A stretch of DNA of 64,000 nt, from NCBI GenBank assembly GCA_000002435.2, contig CM018793.1; one strand, 5' to 3'. Shown one piece after another: positions 28,601 to 34,973 of the stretch. Origin of the DNA: Giardia intestinalis. Its lineage: Eukaryota. A program made the position numbers and the translations under genes. The first letter of the stretch is position 1. Each line of letters opens with the position of its first letter. A model generated the notes under the pieces. That model had not been told where the DNA came from and ran no database searches. It saw only the letters and a program-made list of their open reading frames with translations.

Positions 28601-31366
28601 ACTCAGGTCTACTACAGGCCGCATACTATTATCATATACCGTAATATGCTGAGAATCATGGTAGAAGGCACCACCACTTTTGTCCTGAGAAATATCACTG
28701 GATATGGAGGAAGATTCACCATTCTCTCGACATTTGGGAGACGTTCGAAAAGATCCGCCACTTATTGAGGCCAGTGTAGAGGAACTTTGAGATAGGACCT
28801 CCGATGCATCAGTTAACAGGTCACTAAGCGCAAGGTTAGTATCAGAACACTCGCCCTTGCCTGACCCAATTTTCTTATCCCGCGATCGTTCTCGAAGCCT
28901 ACCTCCAACAGTGCTATGCAAAAGACCGTCTCCTGATTGCCTCATCTTATCGTCTATTACTTTACGATAGTCTTGCTCGAAATTAAGGGAATGAACGCGC
29001 CGATGACGACCCATTATTACCTCACCTGAGATATTCGTGACAGGAAAAAACCGAGTATGATCATATCTATCTATTTCATTGCATGAAATTCGTTTATAGC
29101 GGTCGTAGTTGCCTTGTCGTGGGGATAGCTGACGATAATTATCCGGGTCATCTTGTCCATACTCAAAGCGCCTCATGATCTGGTCGAGCATCTTCTCTCT
29201 GATAAGGGTCTCTCTTGCCATTCGCAAATGAGCATCTGCAAGAGCAACTCTGTCTGAGAGAACTGTTCTAAACCGTGGCTCTTCCTCGTTTGTCTTCGGT
29301 GTAAAGGAACGTCCACCGGGACTGCTTTTCATCCTTTTTTCTCTTAGCTGTTTTAGTAATTGTACAGGCGAACGGGGATCACTCTTGCTTAATGCCCCTG
29401 CTCCCTGCCCCGTGCTACCACTTCTACTGATAGGTGTTCCACCCGTTTGATACAGATGAGAGTCCATAAATTGGTCGGCAGCAGAGGCAGAGATAGCTGT
29501 CTTCACCGACAGATCGATCATGGAGTCAAAGGCCGGAGCTAAGTTAGAGCCTAACTCCTTACAACCTTTCATAAATAATGACTGTTGAGCAAGATCTGCC
29601 GACTCGAAAATCACCCTAACGTCGTATGGATAATCCTCTTCACTATTACCGAGGATATCGCGCTCCCCCTGGGAGTAAAACCGATAGTTCCCAAAGCGCG
29701 GTATATAGCTAATTAACGGCAGTAGGAATTGCGGGAGGCTTATTGTATGAATAGTGTTAGCCATGGACACTAATAACCTGCCATTGTGTATGCGTAACTG
29801 CATATTTTTCTTAGGTTTCTCAGAGGCACTACACTTGTACAGGCCTGAGGTGGTCATGTTCTCTAGATACACCGGCCTAGAGATGGCGTTGTCATAGGCG
29901 GTGAGATTAAACGCAACAAGGTAGCCTTTAAAGCACGTGAAGAGAACGAGATAGTCATCAATAGATGCAATTTGTGACGATTCGAAGCCCTTAGTTAGAA
30001 TAACACTAGGGCGAGGAAGCTTTAGTGTTGTGGATTGCTTTGGAGTGTAGATTTCATCTCCAGAAAGTCCAGATTGACGATGTGCAGACCCACACTCCCA
30101 CTCCTCCACGAAAGTGTCTAGAAGTTCCTGCATCACGCCCTCAGCCTGTTCTTTGGCAAGTCTCTCTTTTAGTTCAATGTACTCTGTCAAAAAGTCACGC
30201 ATAGGAGGCTGATGTGACTCAGCATTCAATGCGGTCAAAGGACTAATGTTTTCGGTAGATTGATCATCACGCAGTGCTCTTTTTTGTGCCTCAGTATGCT
30301 TACTTATGCAGAATTTCCCTAACAGTGGGTCGCTGCCTAACAGAACACGAGCCTTGATCCCCGGTTTTCCTGTTATTTTTGTTTTTAGCCGACCAGATTG
30401 GTAGGTATTTGTACAAGCAATGTCGTGCTTCATTACCGCTTTTGTTTTAATATTTATTGTAAGCATCATTCCGTCAATATACCCCAGAAAGAGAGTAACC
30501 GGAGAAAGGATGTGTATTTGCTTGATGTGCTCCGGATAAACACGCTCGAAGAAAATGAAGTTGGCAAGGCTTGATACACCAACAGGTGACACATCGGAAG
30601 CTGGGACAGGTTGATTCTGGACCCGTTGCCTAAGAGATTCCGACGTCATTAATATGTACACACGTCCAGTTATGTCTCCTATGAAAGAAAGCCCAAGGTT
30701 TCCAAAACACATTGCTGTGATACGGTTCCGTAGGTAATAGGGGGTGATCTGAGAAAAGTTACTGCAATAAAGGAGCGCATTGAAAGAGGGTATCCGCAAG
30801 TCTGCATTAAAGTCAACGTGAAAGGAGAGCATAAAGCTCTGGTGGTTAGTGGGATCGATCTCCATGTGTACATCTGATATTGTTCGATTTAGCTGCATAA
30901 CCGGAGCATACATATTTGTTCTGTTATCAATTGCCAGATCAATGCAACGGCCTGCATCCAAAGAATGAACTAAGTCAACGGCTCTAACAGACGGAGTACT
31001 GTACGATTTGCCAAACGACTGCAGAATATATAAGATTCCGTCTTCTGTTATTACATAAAGACATGTATCATTCCATGCTGCTCCCACGCGTAAAACGTTG
31101 AACTTAAATGATTGTCGCGAAATTAGAACAGAGTTGGCTGCAGATAAAAGAATTGTTGTATTCTTAGTTGCCACAAAGATGTAGCTAGTGGATAAAGTAA
31201 AGTCTATTATTTCTGTGGGTGCTTTATAATGGATACCGATGGTAGTCAATCTGTGGCCTTCAGGAGGAGCTGATTTTGCATTAGCTACTCCTCGATTAGG
31301 AGCATTAGACATCAAATTTAGTGATGGTGGGCTTGACTGATCGCTGTTGTTGATCGCTTTTAACAT
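16685..31366 (-). CDS. Giant hypothetical protein, 4893 aa
   Basis: Single uninterrupted ORF of 14.7 kb, ATG at 31366-31364, TGA at 16687-16685. An AT-rich element precedes the ATG. The N-terminal ~400 aa look beta-strand-rich and possibly propeller-like (FVATKNTTILLSAANSVLISRQSF..LYVITEDGILYILQ). The central ~2 kb of protein is Ser/Thr/Pro-rich low complexity. No Walker A, BEACH or kinase motifs were seen. Confidence 0.7.
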   Translation of the reverse strand: MLKAINNSDQSSPPSLNLMSNAPNRGVANAKSAPPEGHRLTTIGIHYKAPTEIIDFTLSTSYIFVATKNTTILLSAANSVLISRQSFKFNVLRVGAAWNDTCLYVITEDGILYILQSFGKSYSTPSVRAVDLVHSLDAGRCIDLAIDNRTNMYAPVMQLNRTISDVHMEIDPTNHQSFMLSFHVDFNADLRIPSFNALLYCSNFSQITPYYLRNRITAMCFGNLGLSFIGDITGRVYILMTSESLRQRVQNQPVPASDVSPVGVSSLANFIFFERVYPEHIKQIHILSPVTLFLGYIDGMMLTINIKTKAVMKHDIACTNTYQSGRLKTKITGKPGIKARVLLGSDPLLGKFCISKHTEAQKRALRDDQSTENISPLTALNAESHQPPMRDFLTEYIELKERLAKEQAEGVMQELLDTFVEEWECGSAHRQSGLSGDEIYTPKQSTTLKLPRPSVILTKGFESSQIASIDDYLVLFTCFKGYLVAFNLTAYDNAISRPVYLENMTTSGLYKCSASEKPKKNMQLRIHNGRLLVSMANTIHTISLPQFLLPLISYIPRFGNYRFYSQGERDILGNSEEDYPYDVRVIFESADLAQQSLFMKGCKELGSNLAPAFDSMIDLSVKTAISASAADQFMDSHLYQTGGTPISRSGSTGQGAGALSKSDPRSPVQLLKQLREKRMKSSPGGRSFTPKTNEEEPRFRTVLSDRVALADAHLRMARETLIREKMLDQIMRRFEYGQDDPDNYRQLSPRQGNYDRYKRISCNEIDRYDHTRFFPVTNISGEVIMGRHRRVHSLNFEQDYRKVIDDKMRQSGDGLLHSTVGGRLRERSRDKKIGSGKGECSDTNLALSDLLTDASEVLSQSSSTLASISGGSFRTSPKCRENGESSSISSDISQDKSGGAFYHDSQHITVYDNSMRPVVDLSGQSPTSSVGHEKNNHLLNDPEPQLSGYAATKNIEQSISNVISCAMSLPEAADRVDRCALNQHSPQIVAPPSSSDATNLEERKIDSIVSFILSTHKHTEESCSELPVLKPHKSHSQGNSTSIPAALPCNRTPQMNDSLESDQRAWPRVERVSELYSISKLLSRNRKYASMASAMVHILKLPRRDETDDKIKMLLHIHRRQNVFSFLARTGLFTDSERAILIETLDDARFYYQQLGVPAIDINQIKPSTIEGVSQWRGYLDSHNILPHKLTDLKPDMYFKHPGRNMTSAMSTRWIPKAHKSDKEPSLGASELRRQEREDLVSCPLQPAKELSSLQVYSLQTSSSTPGITSLRKSLSLSTGAMTTMTAPPSSAPHSLSLVRTSNVSSSKSKDFIYPSKSGSSPVAREASFPTLAGPSEGLPADISVVAYSESNTSHLEEKHTSACTAQQGGLSNAPLSGTTQPNILADFRRESRPTNSRDGSMDSSTSADDNNERSNSSTAMVHNEHRIFRSSPKSSQLFSSHFRKETLKASKSDPQTLRPKLRPPDILYPIASSDQMEEHKALSASTSSALQPLPRAVHQKPMRPSSLPSSRFTRRISSMETLLPRETHHAWLKSRAQTRNTVRVTVFTGIPKYYDMRTRIEYAHKHHFNMLQQRDLTDSVEPVGSLVYKVSRPLSVQGPRCTDAGSVLTPLFAPQAPFEGERHGSNLLTDDGSFISTTQSERADVIHRPRWSASETSRKLTSVPNDASVLSAIEFYPLSRPDTSDVRSGPTLIDLNQQLTHVLDALSVHMYGEKEKRFLTRYTESITGALIQQVRRNNAQSKPFSPTALEDRGANSLDRRPSAGTPMHQGVLLDRGLPLSSLAKLSSALGNIVYKLTIMRQAAYRQTTEKEAIEARDEMWNAAVTEINRAFPNMLHVSSEPAMGRGLSPEKISVSLNNNGILSNQSVGHQISPVKEKKFKEPQRLTWKIGAANVSSAALAPSYRYLHDTETRSSNENIKPVDKAQFMQPRVARDGVQSARYMRSLAQARTRFAPYSLKDVLQVFSYLDVGVGANGEIRSLNADRLTKIYRADSDIYGCADNEETSSGEHFWQGDGGGQHPSLDSQQMKESLEKRRSTSFQHLLPRESVESLNELLPRYEFQTDQNSAPPVTTAKQVSGLRGQKTKAKLRHPLLEDASLIQTILADYDILPAQHTFDSQTTNTAIQVKRKDLVRLLLRMVDSASQPDNIRALEPLLPQVVKNDSIFKEQLFSFLHEKRGLMEQHAIRIQDLMQTQKRFEEVQEQAISLQTMQRSTEGVVYDSRVSLMGSTGKSICEQLRDTDQPLEVSTLDLINMNVTRYSDKPSVLLHSVVLSPMKFHTMRRRTLAAKKTIQDNQSLEIPELIVPSIFIGTSTENLTEKNLIRRQPNKGNRLRRNNLTGSQTVTAHTRQDGADLNALRVNLAFPSNLHSSLIQGRNASGKELQDRYSYASNSTMSLSTSARVKSLQPIDPSLTSSFGSSKALATLPTQQHNDFHLLPELADSITSLKPQTTQNHDNTKRTIGDHVVPARPDMVAKTQLLELNDSTCRIHPLSNKEPSTLRSSQQTSMPQTSKSKDASLVDRKSITPFDSAPEVGLADAEDANTLELKENQNLIRSRSSSAVSFPSDILTSQSHDSLNGSVSEKSRGHGTSIPAVSGLAQDSIHSGLPPRPSSGALRPAASSPRPECFSSIQEHVKGLHHPSELINLRSRDRDLLLSMSHRSPYNLRRPDIVLSALGLKVPSKADTPLPATAGKARTSSHISPTSSVSSASSTRRTSKSNSFSYSRSSSPARWSDDSDTFVGAVITQMRSPRASSKKPSHRSYRYGTLTPTEGFSTRPGRSRSCCDFLRRTSDGYSCAVQTCFLDFQSHDHTQTDPSLSADVFFSGPHIDRVTPGNIELSDLDLTSGQLRSFSTPMLPFSSICNGSVTISHVPSQSPSTSLHDTRELIMQSCPVLSNKKTKPQEPFGVQLTQIYQRYITAKTDSFKRDAAAFRSQQLIVLSEYLTSLSTYLYPLTQKILHAEYHGILAFGTYTEVEMQASGLKKHKRYFYYNMPQLTSEAHIDTCLNPEFILRQRLDSLRFMGFLHGVFSKLSNSTNALDVINRRCTPMHAAIAVSNRASITTTADMVYPEGRRRLILYTDHPLVDVSVADYDREITNTQNLLRSTENVLLIPPRSKSAQRSCIDRQSIHQRPTSRHNASRSQSMSFQASRSSSPSYHSDLHHSFTITSGKSFDTALRSTQDQHSIISNRHVKPKQSESKARRARSFEELRKLERYSSHSLTKDTLYDDCNIYYSISHWKYSLSKNCCVHRPVPSMTLFGRRWNDSHGAVIPSAETRSIVHRRIRSRLQCSKISKSTENVLQNNYVRFYPDVSYYTLGAYNIRQYSPITSAVPTTSNLLQPRMKSLKDFLDTSISDEELVFSGVYMHNHTSTAENCCLAFETSLILASKVVRNIESCFNKKLIVDAIGRDVYVSTPRPEYLLPQKKNLSTSILLHQSASGGTQTKDFQISSGTFAMHTVAPRGEIYNSREDKRAMEHDKGVDFSESSIHELSSKLYDKQRYIDHLHSLTFSSARLASAIFPSGLRFLSVDCLSGPIEASFLNTLNAQYWGLAKSWDLAYSDAANVLTSATSAYVTIAERTKNIMLFTLSTKEDTSDDPEIFLKGLLTCRYDRYKYNRLRAQEEQLYEICPDTLPDLSRVGRRKRNRIMNMYDIFGRRIAPRKTGGSISETQKPVNKAALADTEVSHICDQRNVLESRPAITLASYSEKSTYKSLLESSIGKGCLSENREIGEDIGLSSMRLTTHVFTVDIQRMLSQSFGRERLVSTPSRGGQSCGARELTKEIVITRGTHALAGHTSITPTTENSRPGQINHRRAASARPENQLSGIKTWINTFARSQSLCHSRQLPTYLMEIIILQASESFACSLSHIFRHREAAVYFKTMVEKEFVPIITKQTTPLSDLPPCTATSGFAHVLYGSESVLDTYSLVNRKAECNPIGIYSATHLRQFIMLPVDYIDYRSFLLHTKTLNKHVMDVSAVLQSQRAVKSLEVRNAQISQLMENTRAYSNDTASCYDLWNRLVFNMHHVLNIQAVRLYSERFENLLQQHDYDLDLLIEKALTLNSEYYTKHPAVFREYQIRRHQKEVEHKAELERIRYLMMEVMRNWRLHGPIYNISGLLLISYRKGAAFKEALQRYFPIANEEPFEKYSLEPSLNTAPFGTGEMPITARERAKESEASEKSDKTLLLSYRSTRPTTGTSHSSGSQRFASTIVSERELDMQHRMRHLFLSRLVMIEFSTRLFEAQHKNNMLTSIQYMVLDDLDSVFSQLPLIMKSSDTLFKRISMEALTSGKSKVGAYDYMYGVNSDEMEAKEIRKTRENLEARESNADLADSRSSLAKNAAVSMAKELSRPHTALPVSDIKLTMVKDGTPSPLAFSPTKTVALALKMNNLDMLSRDIKQRLDRLQRGDLDEFDGSIVEFISQSESFFSMCEVPDVQEKLDDLSEEQSSIHEPSSTLNKKGRRVTISDDSHAPSAAQITSSSSRPMSGSHLKPPSGTKGSLNIVQLNMSLNVKQKAARLTIDSLRSRGMKTPRQDKDLGRILQKLVTTENIAPKNASLSSDGTSSHDDSPTLRPLPTGHQAAEQIDAIHKRKERKQSCIPDNTPISRDLSNISTTERRTASQSSRLSSIKSAGVRLPRHVEKTLEAGMVADMTPNYFSLNSSLQTSLSSNDDTEGLNKLFARYTDTNNAKEVPVHRCQSSLDRNRLPNTKKSVKKPGSMSVAECEYQKSTNRDGVSMILTGVPVQKPILPEVLAGAQRQIKLISRGSVNSSAEQSICSVDHTPNTLLRPSSSFEADHKKDVGSKNPWKRGAMATSGTTSQSRYLSQSHVKNLISNTNSIEQSLNENLTESELAHIEALGQRRFKPEDGSTWITIGGIARPGSGIGMRRYTGRKRSGG

Positions 31367-31853
31367 TGAGCTGTGTTCTCTGTTTAATTTTGTTAAAATT
31401 GAAGACGCATGCAGGGCGGCTTTACTTTATGCCTCTGTATGTTTAGTGAGCGCATACTCTACCCGCAACACAGAATGTACTTATTGGCAATTAGTTAGCT
31501 TTCCCTTTCGAGGATGTTAGTCATTGTCATAAGGGTGTCTTTTGGTCTTCACTAGAAAAATTGGCAGATAGCGAGCTACTTGGTTGTTGCAAGTAACTAC
31601 TCAGCTAATAAGCTTATTATATAGAGCTATCAAACCAACTCGAGAACGTTGCGTGTCTCCATTCTTATTCATGAAGATTCAGAGACAACTAGATGGGTCA
31701 TAGATATAGCCTAGAGGAACTCTTGTTAGTTGTCGAGGGACAAGGTTTCGCCCTAGGCCATGGCCCCTTACATGCGGCGCCCTGCCGCTCTCGCCAGAAG
31801 GTGCGTCGATGCTCCGGGGTGGGGCCTTGAGATATAGTGTAACACATGGGCGC

Positions 31854-31860
31854 GTTTACT
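31854..31860 (-). promoter_or_regulatory. Polyadenylation signal AGTAAAC for the 3'-terminal VSP unit A
   Basis: The minus-strand sequence after the TGA (31870-31868) is ctcagGTAGTAAACgcgcc, a consensus AGTRAAY signal. Confidence 0.6.
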
Positions 31861-31867
31861 ACCTGAG

Positions 31868-34800
31868 TCACGCCTTCCCCCTGCAGAGGAACCACCAGCA
31901 GAGGAAGCCCACGAGGCCCCCCACGACAGCGATGACAGCCACGGAGATCCCTGCTATGGCACCAGTACTGAGGCCGCTCTTGTTGACGCTTCCGCCGGTG
32001 TTGTCGCCAGTGCCGTCGCCCATCACGAAGCACATGAACGCACCGGTGGATGACACCGTGCACTGCCTGCACCCAGCGAGCCCCTCAGAGCACGGATTAC
32101 ACTTTGTCCCAGCACTCTGCGGTTTGTAATATCCAGTGCTGCATGTAGCACAGGCGTTAGCGTCGTTAGCAGCCGTGCATGTCTCGCAGCTAAGATGGCA
32201 CCTTTTATTGGAACAATCGCCATTATCAGCCGTTAGACCACTGGCACATTTTGTACATTTTCCTCCCTGCACTGTAGTACACACTTGCTTGCCAGGCTGT
32301 CTATCTGTCTGATAGCAACCGCCATCTTTGAAGAAGTAGTTATTTTCACATTGAGTGCATGCTCCATTACTCACCGTAGTGCAAAATCGTGTTCGCGTAT
32401 TGGCCGCACAGTTGCCATCCAGTGGTGCCTGTTGAGTGTTCTTGCACTTTGAGCAGTATGCAGTTCCTCCTATCTGAGCCCCACACTCTGCGCATCCATC
32501 GTTTGTAGAACTCACGCTGCACTGGTTCATGCACGTGCCCCCATTGGCAGGAGTATCAGCATCTGTATACTGAAGCATCCTCCCAGCAGGACAAGCCGTA
32601 CACTTATCAGCGCCCTCACCCTTGCACTCTACGCACGCATCGTTGCACTTCTTGCACTTTCTGTCAGTGTCATTTCCGTAGTAGCCCTTGAGGGTCGTGC
32701 AGTCAGATACGCATTGACTGGTTGGGGTGAGGTAGTACTCAGACAGACACTTTGTACAGACCTCCTTATCGGCACCTTCACTGGTGCACTCCAAACAGTG
32801 CTCTGTGTTACAGTTACTGATTGGTTGGCATTCAGTCGATTCAGTATTAGGTTGGAGTCCTTCGTTGCACTCGCACACTTGGCTATCCTGTCCGGTGGCC
32901 TTGGGGGTAGAGTTAGCAGGGCAACTAGCAACGCACGACTTTCTGTTGAGACCAAAGATGGTCTTCGTATCAGTCGTACACGTCTTACAAACCACTCCGT
33001 TGGCGCCTTTCTCACAAGTGGTGCAGTCAGTTGTTCCAGCCGACACACATGTATTGCACTCCTTTGCTTCTTCATCAACGTAGTGGGTTGCCGGACAACC
33101 AGCTGTGTCAACGCACGTGCCGGTTGTGGACTCGCCATCCTTCTTCAGGTACTTCTTGGTCCCAGACGTTTTACACAGGCTGCACTTCTGTTGCTCCTTG
33201 GCCACGCACACAGCGCAATTATCATCTGCACACGCGGTGCACTTCTTCTCGGTAGCGTCGATGAAGAAGCCCTCCTCATTAGTACACGCCTCTGCGCTAA
33301 CACAGCTGGGTGCATCGCCAGCTTTAAAGTAGAATCCATCAACACACTCCCCACATATATTGTCCACCACACAGCTCTTGCAATCACCCACAGAGCATGT
33401 CACACACCCACTACCACCCTTGTTGGGCTTCTTACCACTGTCACAGGCAGTACACACAGCGACAGTCATACCAGCTGTTGTTAGAGCTGTCGGGGCTGTG
33501 CACTGAGAGCAGCCATCTACTCCCACGTATGCCTTAGCGGTACCTTGAGGATCTACTAGTGTGCCAAGGGAGTTGCCACATGCCAATACAGACTGCTGAG
33601 CATTGGATGCCCCTGGTACCAGGAAGTACTTATTATTCTCATTAACAGCGGTACAGACACCGTTGGCTGCTGTCTTGCACATGGACTTACCCGGCTGAGT
33701 TGACACACTATAGCAGCCTCCCATGTACAAGAAGTATCCTGTAGTACATGATGTACATGTATGATTGTTACAGTTATTCCCCTCTTTCTTTTCATTCCCA
33801 ACACATAGTCCATTAATGGGGAACTCACTGTCCTTTCCACAGTATGAACAGTAGTGATGCTCCTTCCCTGTGTTGTCGATCACTATTGCATCGCAGGCTC
33901 CAGAAGTACCACCACAAGCCGTGGGGTCTTCACAAGTCTTCTCACACGTGACCGCTCCTCCAGCCCCTACCTTCTTTTGGTAGTTCACCTTACAAGAGTC
34001 ACAAGTAAACGAGCCAGAGAGGGTGCACGTTGCACAGCCGGGCACTCCATCTGTCGGATCGTCGCATGGGACGCACTTCTTGGCCCCGTCATTCTTTAAG
34101 AAAAACCCTGGCTTGCACTTTTCACAGGTATCTATAGCGCCTCCTGGCCCGCACTTTCCGCAATCGCCAGCGCACGCAACGCATACGGCGGGGTTACCGT
34201 TCCCGCTGTCGTAGTAGCCATCGAGGCACGTCTTGCATTCTGGCTTAGCGCCGTTCTTGCTGCAGGTCCCGCAACCGGGGCTTCCCTTGTTATTATCTGT
34301 CTTGCTGCTATCGTTGCTACATAGTATGCATTCGGCATCTCCGTCGCTCAAGAAGTTCTCACCAGTTGCTCCGCTTTGAGTGCAGGTGCCGGCGTCTATA
34401 CACGTAGTCGTCCCGTCGGCCTCTTCCTTGACTATCTTAGCTCCATTACATGCCGTGCACTTTGGGCCCCCAGTTGCCGGGTTGTACTCACACGTGGTGC
34501 AATCAGTTATTGCAGACGCCTTGCAGGTCATTGTCACAGGGTCAGCATAAGTGTTTCCAGTGCATCCATCACTATTCACGCATGCATTATCCTTCAGGAA
34601 CGTATTTCCCTTACAAGAGGTACACTGGGTCTCTGTAGTCTCACAGGTCAGACAGGACTGATCACACTTCTCACATGTCTGAGCGTTCTTATAGTATCCA
34701 TCTCTGCAGGTATCACACGTGGCCGCTCCTGGACTACCACTTGGTGCCGTACATGTGGCGCAGTTAGCCACCCCTGTATATCCATCTGCCCCATTGACAT

Positions 34801-34920
34801 CATGACAGAGGATGCACTCGCTACCCTTCTCTGGTGTTGCAGCCGGGTTCTTGAACAGGCCGTTATCTGCCTTACAAGCAGTGCACAGTCCTCCCTCAGC
34901 CTTTGTGCATATCTCACTCC
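31868..34920 (-). CDS. VSP unit A: variant-specific surface protein-like cassette, ~1016 codons, intact ORF but no ATG or signal peptide
   Basis: Many CXXC motifs, GGCY motif (LYMGGCY), transmembrane helix [24 protein letters not shown] and the invariant tail CRGKA followed by TGA. The ORF track starts it at 34771 with a GTG. The frame stays open upstream to TGATAG..TGG AGT GAG ATA TGC (..WSEICTKAEGGLCTACKADNGLFKNPAATPEKGSECILCHDVNGADGYTGVANCATC). This is the 3'-most unit of the array and has a unique 3' flank. Confidence 0.85.
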
Positions 34921-34973
34921 ACTATCATACTATCACCCTCTATCACACCATTGTACAGCATTCACTACCCAAG
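34921..34973 (-). repeat. Inter-cassette spacer A|B
   Basis: Minus-strand sense: TGA cttggGTAGTGAATGctgtacaatggtGTGATAGagggTGATAGtaTGATAGtggagtgag|ATATGC. It holds the poly(A) signal AGTGAAT, TAGTGA, and three TGATAG heptamers that give stops in all three frames. Confidence 0.8.

Noticed and set aside
16685-31366. Giant ORF as dynein heavy chain, midasin or a BEACH-domain protein
   Set aside because: No P-loop/Walker A motifs and no BEACH signature (..FPWV..) were found. The composition is largely low-complexity Ser/Thr-rich.
1-31400. Short ORFs (60-170 aa) overlapping the long CDSs on either strand (e.g. 301..528, 2862..3350, 7920..8312, 20394..20903)
   Set aside because: They are nested within or antisense to much longer ORFs with clear domain content. 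They have no start context, no poly(A) signal, and no recognisable sequence features of their own.
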